Assembly: GCA_951406725.2 (NCBI GenBank)
Contig: OX597830.1
Location: 30,504,001 to 30,568,000, forward strand
Length of the DNA: 64,000 nt
Source of the DNA: Octopus vulgaris
Lineage: Eukaryota
Direction of reading: 5' to 3'
The position numbers were made by a program, and so were the translations under genes. Of this stretch, positions 13,331 to 27,500 are shown piece by piece. A model generated the notes under the pieces. The model was not told where the DNA came from. It did no database searches and worked only from the letters and a program-made list of their open reading frames with translations. How positions within the stretch are numbered: position 1 is the first letter of the stretch; every line of letters starts with the position of its first letter.

Positions 13331-13643
13331 TAAGAGTTACATATATTATTACCTAAAGCAGTTCGATTCGACCCCATGCGACTTACCTATATACGCATAT
13401 ATACAGGGATGGCTATAAGTCGCTTTACGCATTTCTAACAATAACAAGAGGACTCAGAGAGTGCAAACCTCCGCCAAGGTAACGTCAACGTCCTCTCAAC
13501 GATTAGCCAGAGATGATTTTAACATTTTTAAATGAGAATATCTCAACATATGTGTGTGTATGTATATATACATCAGTGTTGAATTACATGTGTGTGTGTA
13601 TATACCTACATACATATATACATATATATATATACGTATATAT

Positions 13644-13712
<69 letters not shown>

Positions 13713-14323
13713 TCTCGCCTTATGATCACTGTTGCGTGAAACTTGAGCCACGTACGAGAAAGGAATTCCCTTTATATAAACCATATACTGTACACCATTC
13801 TTCGTACCTACCCCTATGCACATACAAATACATTCATATTTTTCGCATATGACTGTATGTGTGTATGTATACACACACCAATAATACATATCTATCTGTG
13901 CATCTATAACTATGTTTATCATTGTGTCTGTCATTCTATCTATTTAGACTGGGATAATATCTACCAAGATTATTTCATATCTCGTTTCTTCTTTTACTTT
14001 TTTCATCCTACTTGATTTTTTTCTATTTTTTTTTTCTGTTTCTTTAAACCTAAAAATTTAGATAAGTAGCACTGATATTCCTAAAAGGTGTATGCGCTAG
14101 TGTGTGAGTGTATGAGTTATCTTGTGAATATCTACGCACGAAGAGCTGTTATAATAGTGAGTTAGATGTTTTTGCGGTGAAGGGGAACACTAAACGCTAT
14201 GTTTCGTTTTACTCTGAACGCATTCTCACACAACCCATATACTTACAATATGTAAACAAACACATAACACACATACATGCACACAAACAGCACACTCAAA
14301 CACTCATGCGAATACATGCACAT

Positions 14324-14370
<47 letters not shown>

Positions 14371-14904
14371 CATACATACATACATACATACATACATACA
14401 TACACGCGTTAGTCTTAACGTACTCATTATTAAAGATATCCATCATCAGAAGAATTGGGTTGAGGCTGTTATGAAATGCGTACAGCTTCGAAAACCCTTC
14501 CCCACTTTCGGTGCAAAAAATGTACAAAGAATAAACTTGATTTCGTATCTTGGTTAAATGCATTATTGACTTAATATTCTGGGGGTCTTGTTGTTCACTA
14601 TATTATTGTTATTGTTGTTGTCGTCGTCGTTGCTGTTGTGGCTATTGATGAAGTGGCGGTTATTTATTATAAGAGACAGAATCGCCATTTTTATGGTCCA
14701 CGTGGATTGGAAAAATTACTGAAGTAACGGGAAAAAAAATGTCTCGCGGTATTTCTCCCGGATCGTTACATTCCGAGTTCAAATACATGCAAGGTAGTAT
14801 TGACGTGAAGGAAAGCACCTTGTTTTGCTCACCATCTTTTTGCTCATCATCCTTTAAAACTCAAGAATCTCTTGTACATTTATTATGTCTCAGATATCGT
14901 GATC

Positions 14905-14937
<33 letters not shown>

Positions 14938-15021
14938 TGTATGTATGTATGTATGCATGTATGTATGTATGTATTATGTATGTATGTATGTATTATGTAT
15001 GTATGTATGTATGTATGTATG

Positions 15022-15683
15022 TATCTCATTACTCAGTTTATTTCAATATTTTTTGCCAATAAAGAAGGAGCCAGATTCTAACATAGAGCCAACAGCCCTT
15101 CATTGGAATTTCACCATCAACAGAGTATTTTTGCATGTATGTGTATATATGTGCAATATTTGGAGTCAGTGCATGTGCACATTTGTATATTTTGTTTTAT
15201 ACTGTATTCTCATGCATATAGTTGCATGTCTAGACAGGCGCACATATACATAAATAATAAACTTCTGGAAAGTTTTACAGATTGTTACAGTTCCAGTGAT
15301 AGCTTGGATCTGTAATCTTCGAATCAGCTTTCTCCTGTCTGCTCAAGAGAAGCCTATTTTCTCAAGGTTGGTACTTAGGCAGTGCGTTACATATCCCACT
15401 ACCCCTATAATTACAGGTATAAACCTGAACTTGTAACCTGAGTAGAATAACAGCAAATTTTTCAGTAGTTCATCATTCGTGTTTTCTTTTTCGCTCACCT
15501 CTAGCCTAATGTTAACATCCACAACTTTCTACTTCTGTACACGATTTCTCTCCTCTGTCCTAAATCACTATGTTAGGTATATTGCATTCACATTTTATTG
15601 AGGTTTGCACTGGGATATTCCACCAGTTCTCATTATGAGTGGCTACGACCTCAACCATACGGTGGGTTCTAATTTCTTTGACC
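15022..15683 (-). mobile_element. 3' end of RLE-type (R4/Dong-like) non-LTR retrotransposon in (TACA)n
   Basis: Minus strand translates, with stops and deletions, to WWNIPVQTSIKCECNIPNIVI*DRGEKSCTEVE..VDVNIRLEVSEKEN..FIPVIIGVVGYV..RRLQIQAITGTVTICKTF, a PD-(D/E)xK RLE domain; (TATG)n on both sides. Confidence 0.8.
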
Positions 15684-15819
15684 TATGTATGTATGTATGT
15701 ATGTATGTATGTATGTATGTATGTATGTATGTATGTGTGTATGCGTGTATGTATGTATGTATGTATGTATGTATGTATGTATGTATGTATGTATGTATGT
15801 ATGTGTGTATGCGTGTATG

Positions 15820-15850
<31 letters not shown>

Positions 15851-15903
15851 GTATGCGTGTATGCATGTATGTATGTGTGTATGTATGTATGTATGTATGT
15901 ATG

Positions 15904-15934
<31 letters not shown>

Positions 15935-17079
15935 GTATGCGTGTATGCATGTATGTATGTGTGTATGTATGTATGTATGTATGTATGTATGTACGTACGT
16001 ATGTATATATGTTTGTATATATGTATGTATGTTCAAGGATTGTGTAAAGTTCTCATTGAAGGCATGTAAGATATAGAAGGTCAACGGGGAAAGCAATGCT
16101 CGTCATTGCTACCATTGGAGGAAAAATATAAAGGAACGAGGGAAAAAGTTTTTTGAAGATAAGCTCTTTTTACACGCCGAAGTGTAAAGTATGCATTTGT
16201 CCGAATGCACAGGTTTCTTAGTGGTCAGTGATGGTCTTCTTCGGTCCCGAGAGGACAGCCATCAACATCATCATGTATGTATGTATGTATGTATGTATGT
16301 ATGTATGTATGTATGTATGTATGTATGTATGTATGTATGTATGTATGTATGTACGCATGTATGTATGAATATATGTATGCGTGTATGTATGCACGCATGC
16401 ATGTATGTATGTTATTCGTGGTCATTGTAATAATTTTGTCTGTGGAGTAGAGTGTAGTTGTACAACATGCATGTAGTACAGAAATGTATTCCTTTGGTGT
16501 CTGATTCGACTTCGGTATTTTCTTTACCAGATTAAGCGTTGGATCTATATTTAGATTTTGATTAGCAGTGATTTGCGCTTGTCATTTTTTTTATCGATTA
16601 CCAGCTTTATTTTTTTTTCTGGTGATTCGGAAATTTTGGAGGTGCTTTTCTTTTTTTCTTTTTTTTTTTGCAATTTTGATGCTTGAAAATGAAATAATGC
16701 AATCCTCCTTTTAGCTTTGGGCCAAATGATATTATTTTTCATTTGCACTTTATTTTATTTTATTTGCATAGCCTGAATTCGTCTCGTGTTAATTTTTAAT
16801 TTCCATTGAATGTCTTTACGTGGTAACGAGTCAGTAATTATTGCAAACTCCCGATATGCATAACTTAAAGAAATGAAAGAATATATTTGAAAGAAGATGA
16901 TAGCAATTCTTTTCTTAATAATTCGCGTTAATATTATTCTTTGTAAGCCTCTTTGTCCTTTACTTTTAGTATGGCTTTCTCTTTTTTGTCTGTTATCACA
17001 ATGAACGGCCATGTTTATTTAACTGATACTTCCGCTTGAACTAATGGTTTAGTTATAAAATAAATACTACGTTAAATAA

Positions 17080-17755
17080 AGGTAATCTGGTCATATAAAT
17101 TAAAATATTGGCCCAAAAGCACTACTAAAAGGAGGCACGGTAAATAGGCTAAGTTCGTCCACTGAGGGCTATGTGAAAAGTACGACCTGGACAGTGCATG
17201 GAAATGGTATGGACATGAACCAGAAGGAGTCACTGAGAACAGGGAATATAAGATATTGTGGGATTTTAAAATCCAATGTGACTCCCAAATCAATGCTCGG
17301 AGACCACACATTGTTGTAGTAGATAGAGGAAAAAAGCAAACCAAGATTATAGATATTGTAATACTTGGGAATACACGCATAAATGACCAAGAACTAGAAA
17401 AGATTGAAACGTACAGAGAACTATAAGACGAAGCTGCAAGAATGTGGATTATGAGGAGAGTGTTTGTCATTCCAGGAGTTGTAGGGGCATTCGGAGCACC
17501 AACAACCAAGTTCGTGAATATTTCATAGAAATCGGAATTCACATGAGAGCAGAGCAAGCCCCCAAATCTGCTCTGCTGGAGACAGCTAGGATTTTGAGAT
17601 TGGTACTTGGATGTTGAATGTCTCCCACGATAATTAACAACCAAGTATAATAATGTGCGGAAAGAGACCCTGTGAGATTTCTGACAGCAGGCTGCTGTCC
17701 ACTGTCACAGAATCTGCCAGATCAAACAAGACGGAGAGCTCTGAGAAGGAAAACA
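17080..17755 (+). mobile_element. 3' end of R4/Dong-clade retrotransposon (RLE pseudogene + 3'UTR + (AAT)n tail)
   Basis: LAQKHY..RRHGK..CEKYDLDSAWKWYGHEPEGVTENREYKILWDFKIQCDSQINARRPHIVVVDR..IIDIVI..EKIETYREL..IPGVVGAFG..ETARILRLVLGC*; stops and frameshifts. Confidence 0.9.
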
Positions 17756-17764
17756 ATAATAATG

Positions 17765-17833
<69 letters not shown>

Positions 17834-17924
17834 GCAACAACAACAACCACAACAAAAACAATAATGATAATGATGATGATGATACTAAGAATAATAATAA
17901 TATAATAATAATAGTGATAATAAG

Positions 17925-18058
17925 CATTTCTCCTACAGGCACAAAGTCTGAAACTTTGAAGGAGGGGGCTAGTCAATTACTTTGACCCCAATGTTCAACT
18001 GGTTCTTATTTTATCGATCTCGATTGGATGAAAGGCAAAGTAGACCTTGGCGGAATTA
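17925..18058 (-). mobile_element. SINE-B 3' part
   Basis: ggatgaaaggcaaagtagaccttggcggaatt core. Confidence 0.75.
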
Positions 18059-18100
18059 ATAACAACAATAACAACACCAACAACAACAGCAACGATAATG

Positions 18101-18173
<73 letters not shown>

Positions 18174-18211
18174 TGAGGAGGAGGAGGAGGGGGAGGAGGG
18201 GGAGGAGGTGA

Positions 18212-18252
<41 letters not shown>

Positions 18253-18904
18253 AATGAGGAGGAGGAGGAGGTGAATGATGATGATGATGATGATGAGGAG
18301 GAGGAGGAGGAGGAGGAGGAGAAGGAGTGGGAGGAGGAATGCCCTGATGCAGTACCAGACATTGGCTCTCATGGCTTCTGATCTTCACTGATTGGAAGTG
18401 TTATCATGTACATTGATTTGTCTTTGTATAAAAGATGGGCTACAGCAAATATTCTGCTCAATACCACCGATTTGCTTGTCAATTGTTTGACCTTAACCAG
18501 TTGACCATGACCCTTAGTAGCTGACATTATGTGCATCTCTGACCACGAGCAGAAGTAGTGGCAGAACCTCATAGCCATATGTCGAGAGGAATTCTTGGAG
18601 TTTTGGATAATTCACTTTTGGAGGCATGGGTGTTTCGTTCAACATCCTTAAACAATGCTTATTCAGGGACCTTTTGAGTGAGATAGGTTACTCGACCAGA
18701 AAAAAATTCTAACTAGACCCCACCTGTAAGGTCATGCGCTGTTTATCTTGATATGAAATCACCATTTTGCGCACATATGGTTGTGATGCATGTGTCTGGT
18801 GTACTCTTATCAGACGGGTACTCATGATGGGTATCCTGGGCTTCGTATATTTTACCCCAGTGTCACTTTGATGGCATTCACTGCTCTCAGTCAATAATAA
18901 TAAT

Positions 18905-19146
18905 AGTAACTGGTGCGTTAGGAATGATAAAAGAATGGACCTGAAAAGTATATTAAGCAACTCCCTGGTAACTCTAATCTCTGTGAACTACAAAAGATAA
19001 CCTTGACGGATAGAGCCCATATACTAGGGAAAGCACTCTCCATCCAAAATGGAATAAATGCGGTGATAATTTTAGCATACATAGCAAAACGGCTGCCCAG
19101 AACTAATGCAACTGAAATAAAGTTATAATGAAAAGAAAACCATAAA
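18905..19146 (+). mobile_element. Short R4/Dong-like 3' end in (TAA)n
   Basis: TGALGMIK..EKYIKQLPGNSNLCELQKITLTDRAHILGKALSIQ; TAA repeats on both sides. Confidence 0.8.
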
Positions 19147-19164
19147 TAATAATAATAATCATAA

Positions 19165-19207
<43 letters not shown>

Positions 19208-19244
19208 GCACTTATCTATATATATATACATGTACATATATATG

Positions 19245-19280
<36 letters not shown>

Positions 19281-19490
19281 CATATACATACATATATATA
19301 CACATACATATACATGCATGTTCATATATAAATATATATATAAACATATATATACATGTGTGTGTATGTGTGTGTGTACATATGTATATATGTACATATA
19401 CATACATATATATATACACATACATAAACATATATGTTCATATATAAATATATATATAACATATATATATGTGTGTGTATGTGTGTGTAC

Positions 19491-19522
<32 letters not shown>

Positions 19523-19547
19523 GTATATATATATATATGTAAGTATG

Positions 19548-19611
<64 letters not shown>

Positions 19612-19875
19612 GGTAAAACTAATTAATTATTAATTATCAATTTTACCAAGTAGTGTTCAGTATGTAAAAAGACCATTTACGGTATATTTAAAACATTACG
19701 TTATATAATTAGGGTTCAGTAAAATAATTTACTTTACTACACACCGAACTTTTAGAAATCTTAGCTATTTCTTCTACTATAAGAAAAATCTCCCAGACAA
19801 TGCATACTCAAAAATAACTCACACAGGTATAGAGGGAAAAATAACGAAAGATCATGCGTACATAAGATCATACGT

Positions 19876-19959
<84 letters not shown>

Positions 19960-20068
19960 AAATGAATAGAAAATGGAGATATGCAATCGTCAATTCAAAA
20001 AATAAAATATATAAACATGATATTATATTATATTCTTATAATAATATAATGTAATAAATATTAAATAC

Positions 20069-20155
20069 AAATTACATACCAGTGTTTCGATTCTTACCCA
20101 TAATAAAATTACAAAAATACATTGTTTGTGGGTAAGAATCTCCTCAGTGTAATTT
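20069..20155 (-). ncRNA. Type I hammerhead ribozyme, canonical core
   Basis: Minus strand: aaattaca-CTGAGGA-gattcttaccca..tgggtaagaatc-GAAA-c-actg-GTA-tgtaattt; stem I 8 bp and stem II 12 bp perfect; predicted cut between 20077 and 20076. Confidence 0.85.
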
Positions 20156-20856
20156 TTGATACATGGGGATACACAGATCCAAGGAAAAGACTGAATTTAA
20201 ATATATTTATATTCTCTAGCGTGAGCGTCAATAATTTAAAGCAAAAACGAAGATAAAAAAATGAAAAGTAAAATAGGAAAAATAAACTAATATAACGGTC
20301 ATAAAACATATTTGTATGCTATTAAGTATTTTAATCTAAACATATCTTAAGGCATAGGTTTTTAAAAAAAATACCAGGAACAGTATTTTTTAAAATATTT
20401 AAAAGAAATATTTTTAAAAAATCATGGCGGAATAAGAAATAACTCTTTCATTCTTTCATATTATTAAAAGATATATGTTATTATAATAACAATACGCTAG
20501 CTATCTAGGGGGTTAATAGCAAAATAATATATTTGAAATACTATGTCATCTCAAGTCAAATAGCATATGATAGTATAAATTACATTGCATTAATTATTTA
20601 TAATAATCATTGCTAAAAATCAAAGATTAATAATTAAAAATTACGTAGGAACTTTCTAAAAATCCTTATCGTCGTAGTGTTATTACAGTAGAAATTAAAT
20701 AAAAGCTGAATTAATTAATTATCCACAAAAAATTTAATCATAAGGATTTCATAAGTGTCTTTTTGGTAATTAATAATTTCCATACTAAAAAAAAAATTAT
20801 GCTAGAGTTGAAATTAAAATTAAAATTATTTATATATATATATATATATATATATG

Positions 20857-21747
20857 CAGGGTGCGGTGGATATACTGTCATTTAAGTTAAAGCAAAAGTG
20901 TAAATAACACTGACAGCACATTTTAACAGACATATTTACTAAAATTACATAAAAATACCTTAAAATGCAAAAGAGTAATTTTATTCAATAAAATCACCAT
21001 TGGCTTCAACCACAGTCTCCAGATGACTTCGGAAACTTCTGCAACTCTTCTGGACAGTCTCCTTGTTTAAGTTGGTGAATGATACCATTATCCTTGCCTT
21101 CATTTCATCTATTTTGTTACAAGGAATTTTTTTGGTCTCTCGATCAACTGCACCCTATGCATAATAATCAAGGGGGTTGCAGTCTGAGGAGTTAGTTGAC
21201 CAAATGTTAGGGGAGATGTGGTTGCAGAAATTATCTGACAGCCATGACTGGGTTCTCCTGATTATGTGGCATCATGCAGAGTCCTGTTGCCAGTCATAAG
21301 GTCTTCCAGCAGCCACCCTCTTGTCCCAGGATATCATAACCTCCTCCAGGCACTTGATGTAGGCCTCCGGGTTGAGTGTGGGGCAATGTGAGACGATGAA
21401 CGGAGGAATAACGTCCCCATCACTAATGATCACTCCAGACACAATGATGTTGACTGGATATTTAATTTTTATCACTCTCGGTTAATGTCCTCAGATCGCA
21501 CTGTCCTCAGTTTGACACCCAAACACTCTGAAATGTTCGTATTAGAAGTTCCGGTACGAATGCGAAGCCGTACAGCATGTCGTTTCCAAATTTCTGGCAG
21601 AGTGGATTGCGTCTTGGTGCTGCTTTTTCTTACAGACCGTGCGCAAGTGACCCTGCTATATTGTGTAGTCGACAAAACCAAAAGCAAACAATGCGCATGC
21701 ATGAAATTAAAAACATAAAATGGGGATAATTTACCCATCACACCCTA
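20857..21747 (-). mobile_element. Tc1/mariner DD37D (maT-type) relic, internally deleted
   Basis: Degenerate TIRs cagggtgcggtggata / ttacccatcacaccct in (TA)n; WQQDSA*CH...WSTNSSDCNPLDY has 37 residues between the 2nd and 3rd catalytic Asp; C-terminus CRSFRSHLETVVEANGDFIE. Confidence 0.88.
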
Positions 21748-21873
21748 TATATATATATACGTATATTTCATAAGGCACGAGCCATATTGATTGCAATGAG
21801 GAATTAAGCCTAGCACACACACAAACATGTGTATACATGTGTATGTATATATATATATATATATATATATAAT

Positions 21874-22120
21874 CAAGTTCGGCCAAAAGTCACCTAACAG
21901 TAAATCAAAACCCATTTAATTCCAGGGCAAAAAGAAAAATTATTTTATATGAGACTCCGCTAATAAATAGACAATTGTTTGAAAAGGAAAAAAAAAAACG
22001 GTGATTTCAACTCGCATCATTCAATTATTAAACATTCATAATTGGAATCAATGAATAAAATTGAAAATCAAATATTTATGGAAATTTGATACACTGTCGT
22101 GTGACTTTTAGTCAACCCTG
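21874..22120. mobile_element. Tc1-like MITE
   Basis: Imperfect 28-bp TIRs caagttcggccaaaagtcacctaacagt / actgtcgtgtgacttttagtcaaccctg, TA-rich flanks. Confidence 0.6.
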
Positions 22121-22189
22121 TATATACACGCCCACACATATGCGTGTATGTGTGTGTGTATGCGCGCGCGTGCGTGTGTGCACATGTAT

Positions 22190-22342
22190 AACGGCCTGCT
22201 TTCGGTTTGCGTCTACAAATTAGACTCAGAAGACTTTAATCGGCCCAGTGTTATAATAGAAGACATATGCCCAAAGTTGCAAGCAGTGTGACTGAACCCT
22301 GTACTGTGGAGTTGGGAATCAAGCCTCTTACCACGCAGCCAC
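22190..22342 (-). mobile_element. SINE-A 5' half, diverged
   Basis: gactgaaccc, cttaccacgcagcc. Confidence 0.75.
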
Positions 22343-22925
22343 CGTCGAAAGACATGAAACCTTACTAGTGCTGAGGCAAATAATTATCGGTATAAAAATT
22401 TATGTCTTCATTAAAACTAAGCAATAGTTTAATAGAATTACGGATTAGTGAAGAATTAATGGTCTGGCGAAGAAAAAAGAAGCTAATAATCTCCCTTGCT
22501 GCAAGGGGAAAATAAAGCTCCCAGTCAGTTTCAGTTGCTGTTAGTGAAACTTTAGCCAACGTTGGACTAATTGTAGTAGCGTAAATTGCAAGCAATCTTT
22601 CAACCGAACACCCTGAGGTGAAAGGTTAGCTCCCTTTAAAACGGTTGGCGATAATTGAAAGCTAAACTCCTTCCTGTAAGAGATGAAATCTGTCAACATT
22701 ATAGCACAAACCATTGCAGAACTGTCATATTTACACTGCATTTAACCAGCGACTAACTATGCATCTATGTCAAGAAACCATGGCATTCTATAGCGCTGCA
22801 CATGCGCATACACATACAGATAGGTATGCAGATTTGTGTTTTATTGCAAGAAAGAGTTAAAGAGTGAGTGAGTGAGAGAAAGTGGTGGATACATACACAC
22901 ATCAATGTGTGTATGTGTATATATA

Positions 22926-22970
<45 letters not shown>

Positions 22971-23541
22971 AAAGAGAGAGAGATAGGGAATGATAGAGAG
23001 GGGGAGTGAGAGAGGGAGTGAGAGAGGACGACGAACAGACAGAACGGAAGTATTAAACAATGAAAGCTGCTCAAAGATCGATCGTTTTTTTCTTCACAGC
23101 TTTTACATTTGAGATTGACCAAATATTTTTCTTCTTACATTTTTCATACTGGTTATTTGCATTTTTATTTTGTTTTTTTGTCTTCATGTTACAGCGCTAA
23201 AAAAGAAAAGTATAAAACGAGAAAGGAAAAAGTGAAGAAAATAGCAGTACAAGAACAAAGGACACACTCACACATACACACATATATACACACACACACA
23301 TACACACACACCACACATATACACACAAAGACAGACATATGTATATATATATATATGTATGCATGCAGGCATGTATGTATGCATGTATGTATGCATGTAT
23401 GTATGCATGTATGTATGTATGTATGTATGTATTTATGTATGTATGTATGTATGCATATATGTATGTGTGTATGAATACATATATATATATATATATATAT
23501 ACATAAATATAAACATATGTAGAGATATACATTAATATGTA

Positions 23542-23586
<45 letters not shown>

Positions 23587-23587
23587 T

Positions 23588-23645
<58 letters not shown>

Positions 23646-24257
23646 CACTCGCAGACATATATGTGCATGTACATGCACATGAGAATATGTATGTATATTG
23701 ACAAATGACAGAGAGAGAGAGAGAGGGAGAGTGAAACTTAGATATTGGAAAGCAATATGAGGTATGGATGAGGAAACAAATGAAGATAGCGTGGGAGGGA
23801 AGGGGGGTGCCATATGGGAGTAAAGATAATGTGGAAGACAGAAGGGGAAATAGATACTAGGAGATAACGGAATACACATACGTACATCCATCCATATATA
23901 TACATACATAGATGTATACATATATACAGACATATATACATACATATATATATGTGTGTACAAATATATATATACATATATATATACATATATATATATA
24001 TATATGTGTGTGTACATATGTATATATATATATATATTTATGCATACATATATATACATACTTATATATATATATTTATATTTTTGCATACATATATATA
24101 TACATACTTATATATACATGTGTATATATATATACACACACATATATATACTCATGGTTTATGTTAAATAGACGATATATATATATGCATGTAAAAATTT
24201 TATATGTATACAATAATGCATATCCATGTATATATGTGTGTCTGTGTCTACCTATGA

Positions 24258-24316
<59 letters not shown>

Positions 24317-24369
24317 TGTGTATGTGTGTATACGTATATATTTATATAGTGCTTTATATATTTGTGTAC

Positions 24370-26914
24370 GTATGTATGTGGTGGTGGTGGTGGTGGTGGT
24401 GGTCGTGGTCGTGGTGGTGGTGGGTATGGTTCTGCGTATATGTAAACGTGAGCACAGAACGAAAGACTCTGAAAGACGGCAGTGGTGAGAGTGCAAGAGA
24501 GAACGTGAGAAGAGAGGATGAAGATGAACACGTGAAGACGCCGTTGTGGAGAGAAAATAAGGAAACTTCACACCTAGAGACACACAAAAACAAAATGGTG
24601 GACAGTGGAACCAAAAACGAAGCAAAACAAACAAGCAAAAAGTCTCGTATGGCAAAGGATGGAGACGTACAGCGACGGTAATCGTGGTGATAGCCGTGGT
24701 GGCCGTGGTGGCCGTGGTGGTGGTGGTGATGGTGATGGAGATCCGCGTTGATTGTTTTTTTTTGTTTGTTTTTGTTTTTGTATTTCTATTTATTTATATT
24801 TTTGCTATCTGTGATGCTTATCCTAACTGTGCTGGTTCTGTTGGTCTTAGGCTGGGGCTGATGGTTGTGACGGTGGCGCTTTACTTGCTGTCGTGGTTGT
24901 TGTTGGTGGTGGTGGTGGTAGTGGTGGTGGTACTGCTTCTGACGGGTGATGTTGTTGCTGTCGATGTTGATGGCGGAGGTAGAGCTTCTGTTTATGATAG
25001 TTATGGTTGTCATAATTGTGGTGGTGGTGGTGATGGCGCTTGAGGTGGTAACGGTGTTTTGGAAGGGGTGCTGATGGGTGCTACATTTCCTGTAGATGGT
25101 GGTGTTGCGGATGATAGCTGAGGTTTAATGGTGGTGGTTGTGGAAGTTGTGGTAGCGTTAGTAGTGATCATGATGGTGGTGGTGGTGGTGGTGGTGGTGG
25201 CGGCGGCAGCGGTAGTGGTGGTGGTGGCGGCAGCGGTAGTGGTGGTGGTGGTGGTGGTGGTGGTGGTGGCTCACTGATATTTGTAATGGTAGTGTAATTG
25301 TTGTTGGTGGTTGTGGTGAGAGCGGTGTTGGCGGCAGCGGCGGCCAGTTGTTTGGTGGTGGTGGTGGTGGTAGTGGTGGTGGTAGTTGTGGTGGTGGTAT
25401 TAGTGGTGGTAGTGGGTGGTGGTGGTAGTTGCGGCGGTAGTGGTGGTGGTGGTGGTGGTGGTGGTGATGGCGGCAGTGGTAATGGTGGTGGTGGTGGCTC
25501 ACTGATATTGGTAATGGTAGTGTAATTGTTGTTGGTGGTGGTGGTGATAGTGGTGATGGCGGCGGCGGCGTCCAGCAGTTTGGTGGTGGTGGTGGTGGTG
25601 GTGGTGGTGGTAGTGGTGGTGGTGGTGGTGGTAGTGGTGGTGGTGGTGGTGTTGGTGGTCGTCGTCGTGGTAGTGGTGGTGGTCGTGTTGATGGTTACGA
25701 TGATGTTGGCTCTCCTGATATTGTAGCTGTAGTGTAATTGTTGTTGTTGTTGTTATTGGTGGTGGTGGTGGTGGTGATGGTGCAGGTGTCGTAAGTTGGG
25801 TAGGTGGTAGTGGTGTTACTTCGTTATTTATCTATCCCCAGGTCAACCATTGCCGGGCACTTCTGCGATCAAAGGCACTCCTCCCGTGACCATCCCAGCT
25901 GGTCTTTCCTAGAGTGCCAGCGTAGGCTTCCATGATCCAATGCAATGTGTCCCTTTCCACCGTTCGAAGACACTATAGCGTAACTGAGAAAAATCTAGCT
26001 GTTATTTCGAGCAGGCCGAAGGACCACGTATAGGCTCATTCTGGCCACGGTGATGGTGAAGGAGGCGGTGGGGGTAGATTTGTCAGGTCGATGGTTCTGA
26101 GAATGATGATGATATTAATGGTAGTGGTTGAGAGTAATGATGGTGGTTGGATGGTGGTGAAGGGTTGAGAATGGGAATCTGAGGGTGATGGGGAGACTGA
26201 TTGGACTGAAAATAAGAATTCTATGATTTATTTTTTTATCGTCTTTTATATTTATTGGGATTTGTTGGGGTGAGGTGGGGTGGGGTGGGGGATTTTTTTT
26301 TTGTTTTGCTTTTTTTTTTCTTCGCTTAACAAGGGTCAGCAAAGCCTGGAATTGGTGGTGTAGGGGGGTAAAACCGGTGCTGTAAGTGGCGTAGGAGAGC
26401 GATGACTCTTGATGAAATAGAGAAAGAGTAAATGGATGCCCTGGAGACAGGGCTAGAATGGAACTAAGACCAGAGGCAAAACAGAAGCAACGGAAAAGCG
26501 GGGAAGAAGGCAAAGAAATAAGGAAAGGAGGCCGGTGGGGAGAGAGATGTGGAGATTAGCGAATGATGATGGTGATGGTGATGGTGGTGGTGGTGGTGGG
26601 GGAGACAATTGAGAGTGGACAGCGTTGAGACAGATATAGGAATAGGGATAGAGATGTAGTTAAGGGAATATTGAGAGAGAGCAAGGGAGAAAGGAAGTTT
26701 AAAGACGGTGAGAGAGAAAGAGAGAGGGGGAGGTAGAGATAGAGAGAGAGAGAGAGATAGAGAGAGAGAGAGACAGAGAGACAGAGAAAGATTCAGTGAG
26801 ATTGATTGATACAGAGTTGATAAAATATTTGAATGAATCATATAAAAAAATGTGACGAGAACAAAGGTGAAAGTGACAGAGAGAGAGAAGGGAGGTAATT
26901 TGTGGCGCATGTAA

Positions 26915-26953
<39 letters not shown>

Positions 26954-27072
26954 TATTCATATACATACATATATATATCAATATGTACATGTATATATAT
27001 GTATATACAAGTGAATATATATATATATATATATACATGTCTTCTCTCTTCTCCTTTCTCTCTCTTTCTTTC

Positions 27073-27119
<47 letters not shown>

Positions 27120-27271
27120 GGGGAGAGAGAAGACATTATTAGAGTACGGGAATAAAGGACAAGAGAAAGACTGGGGAGTTGTTACGGAAATTGAGGGAAA
27201 GAGATTGAAGAGTGCAGGAAGAGAGAGATTGAGAGAGAGAGAGAGAATACAAAATGAATAAGTGGAAAGAA

Positions 27272-27308
<37 letters not shown>

Positions 27309-27459
27309 TTTATATATATATATAAACATATATACATACATGTATACATATATATACATATATATATACATATATATATATATACATATATATACACACA
27401 CATATATATATATATACATATATTTATATATATATATATAAATATATATACATACATGT

Positions 27460-27500
<41 letters not shown>

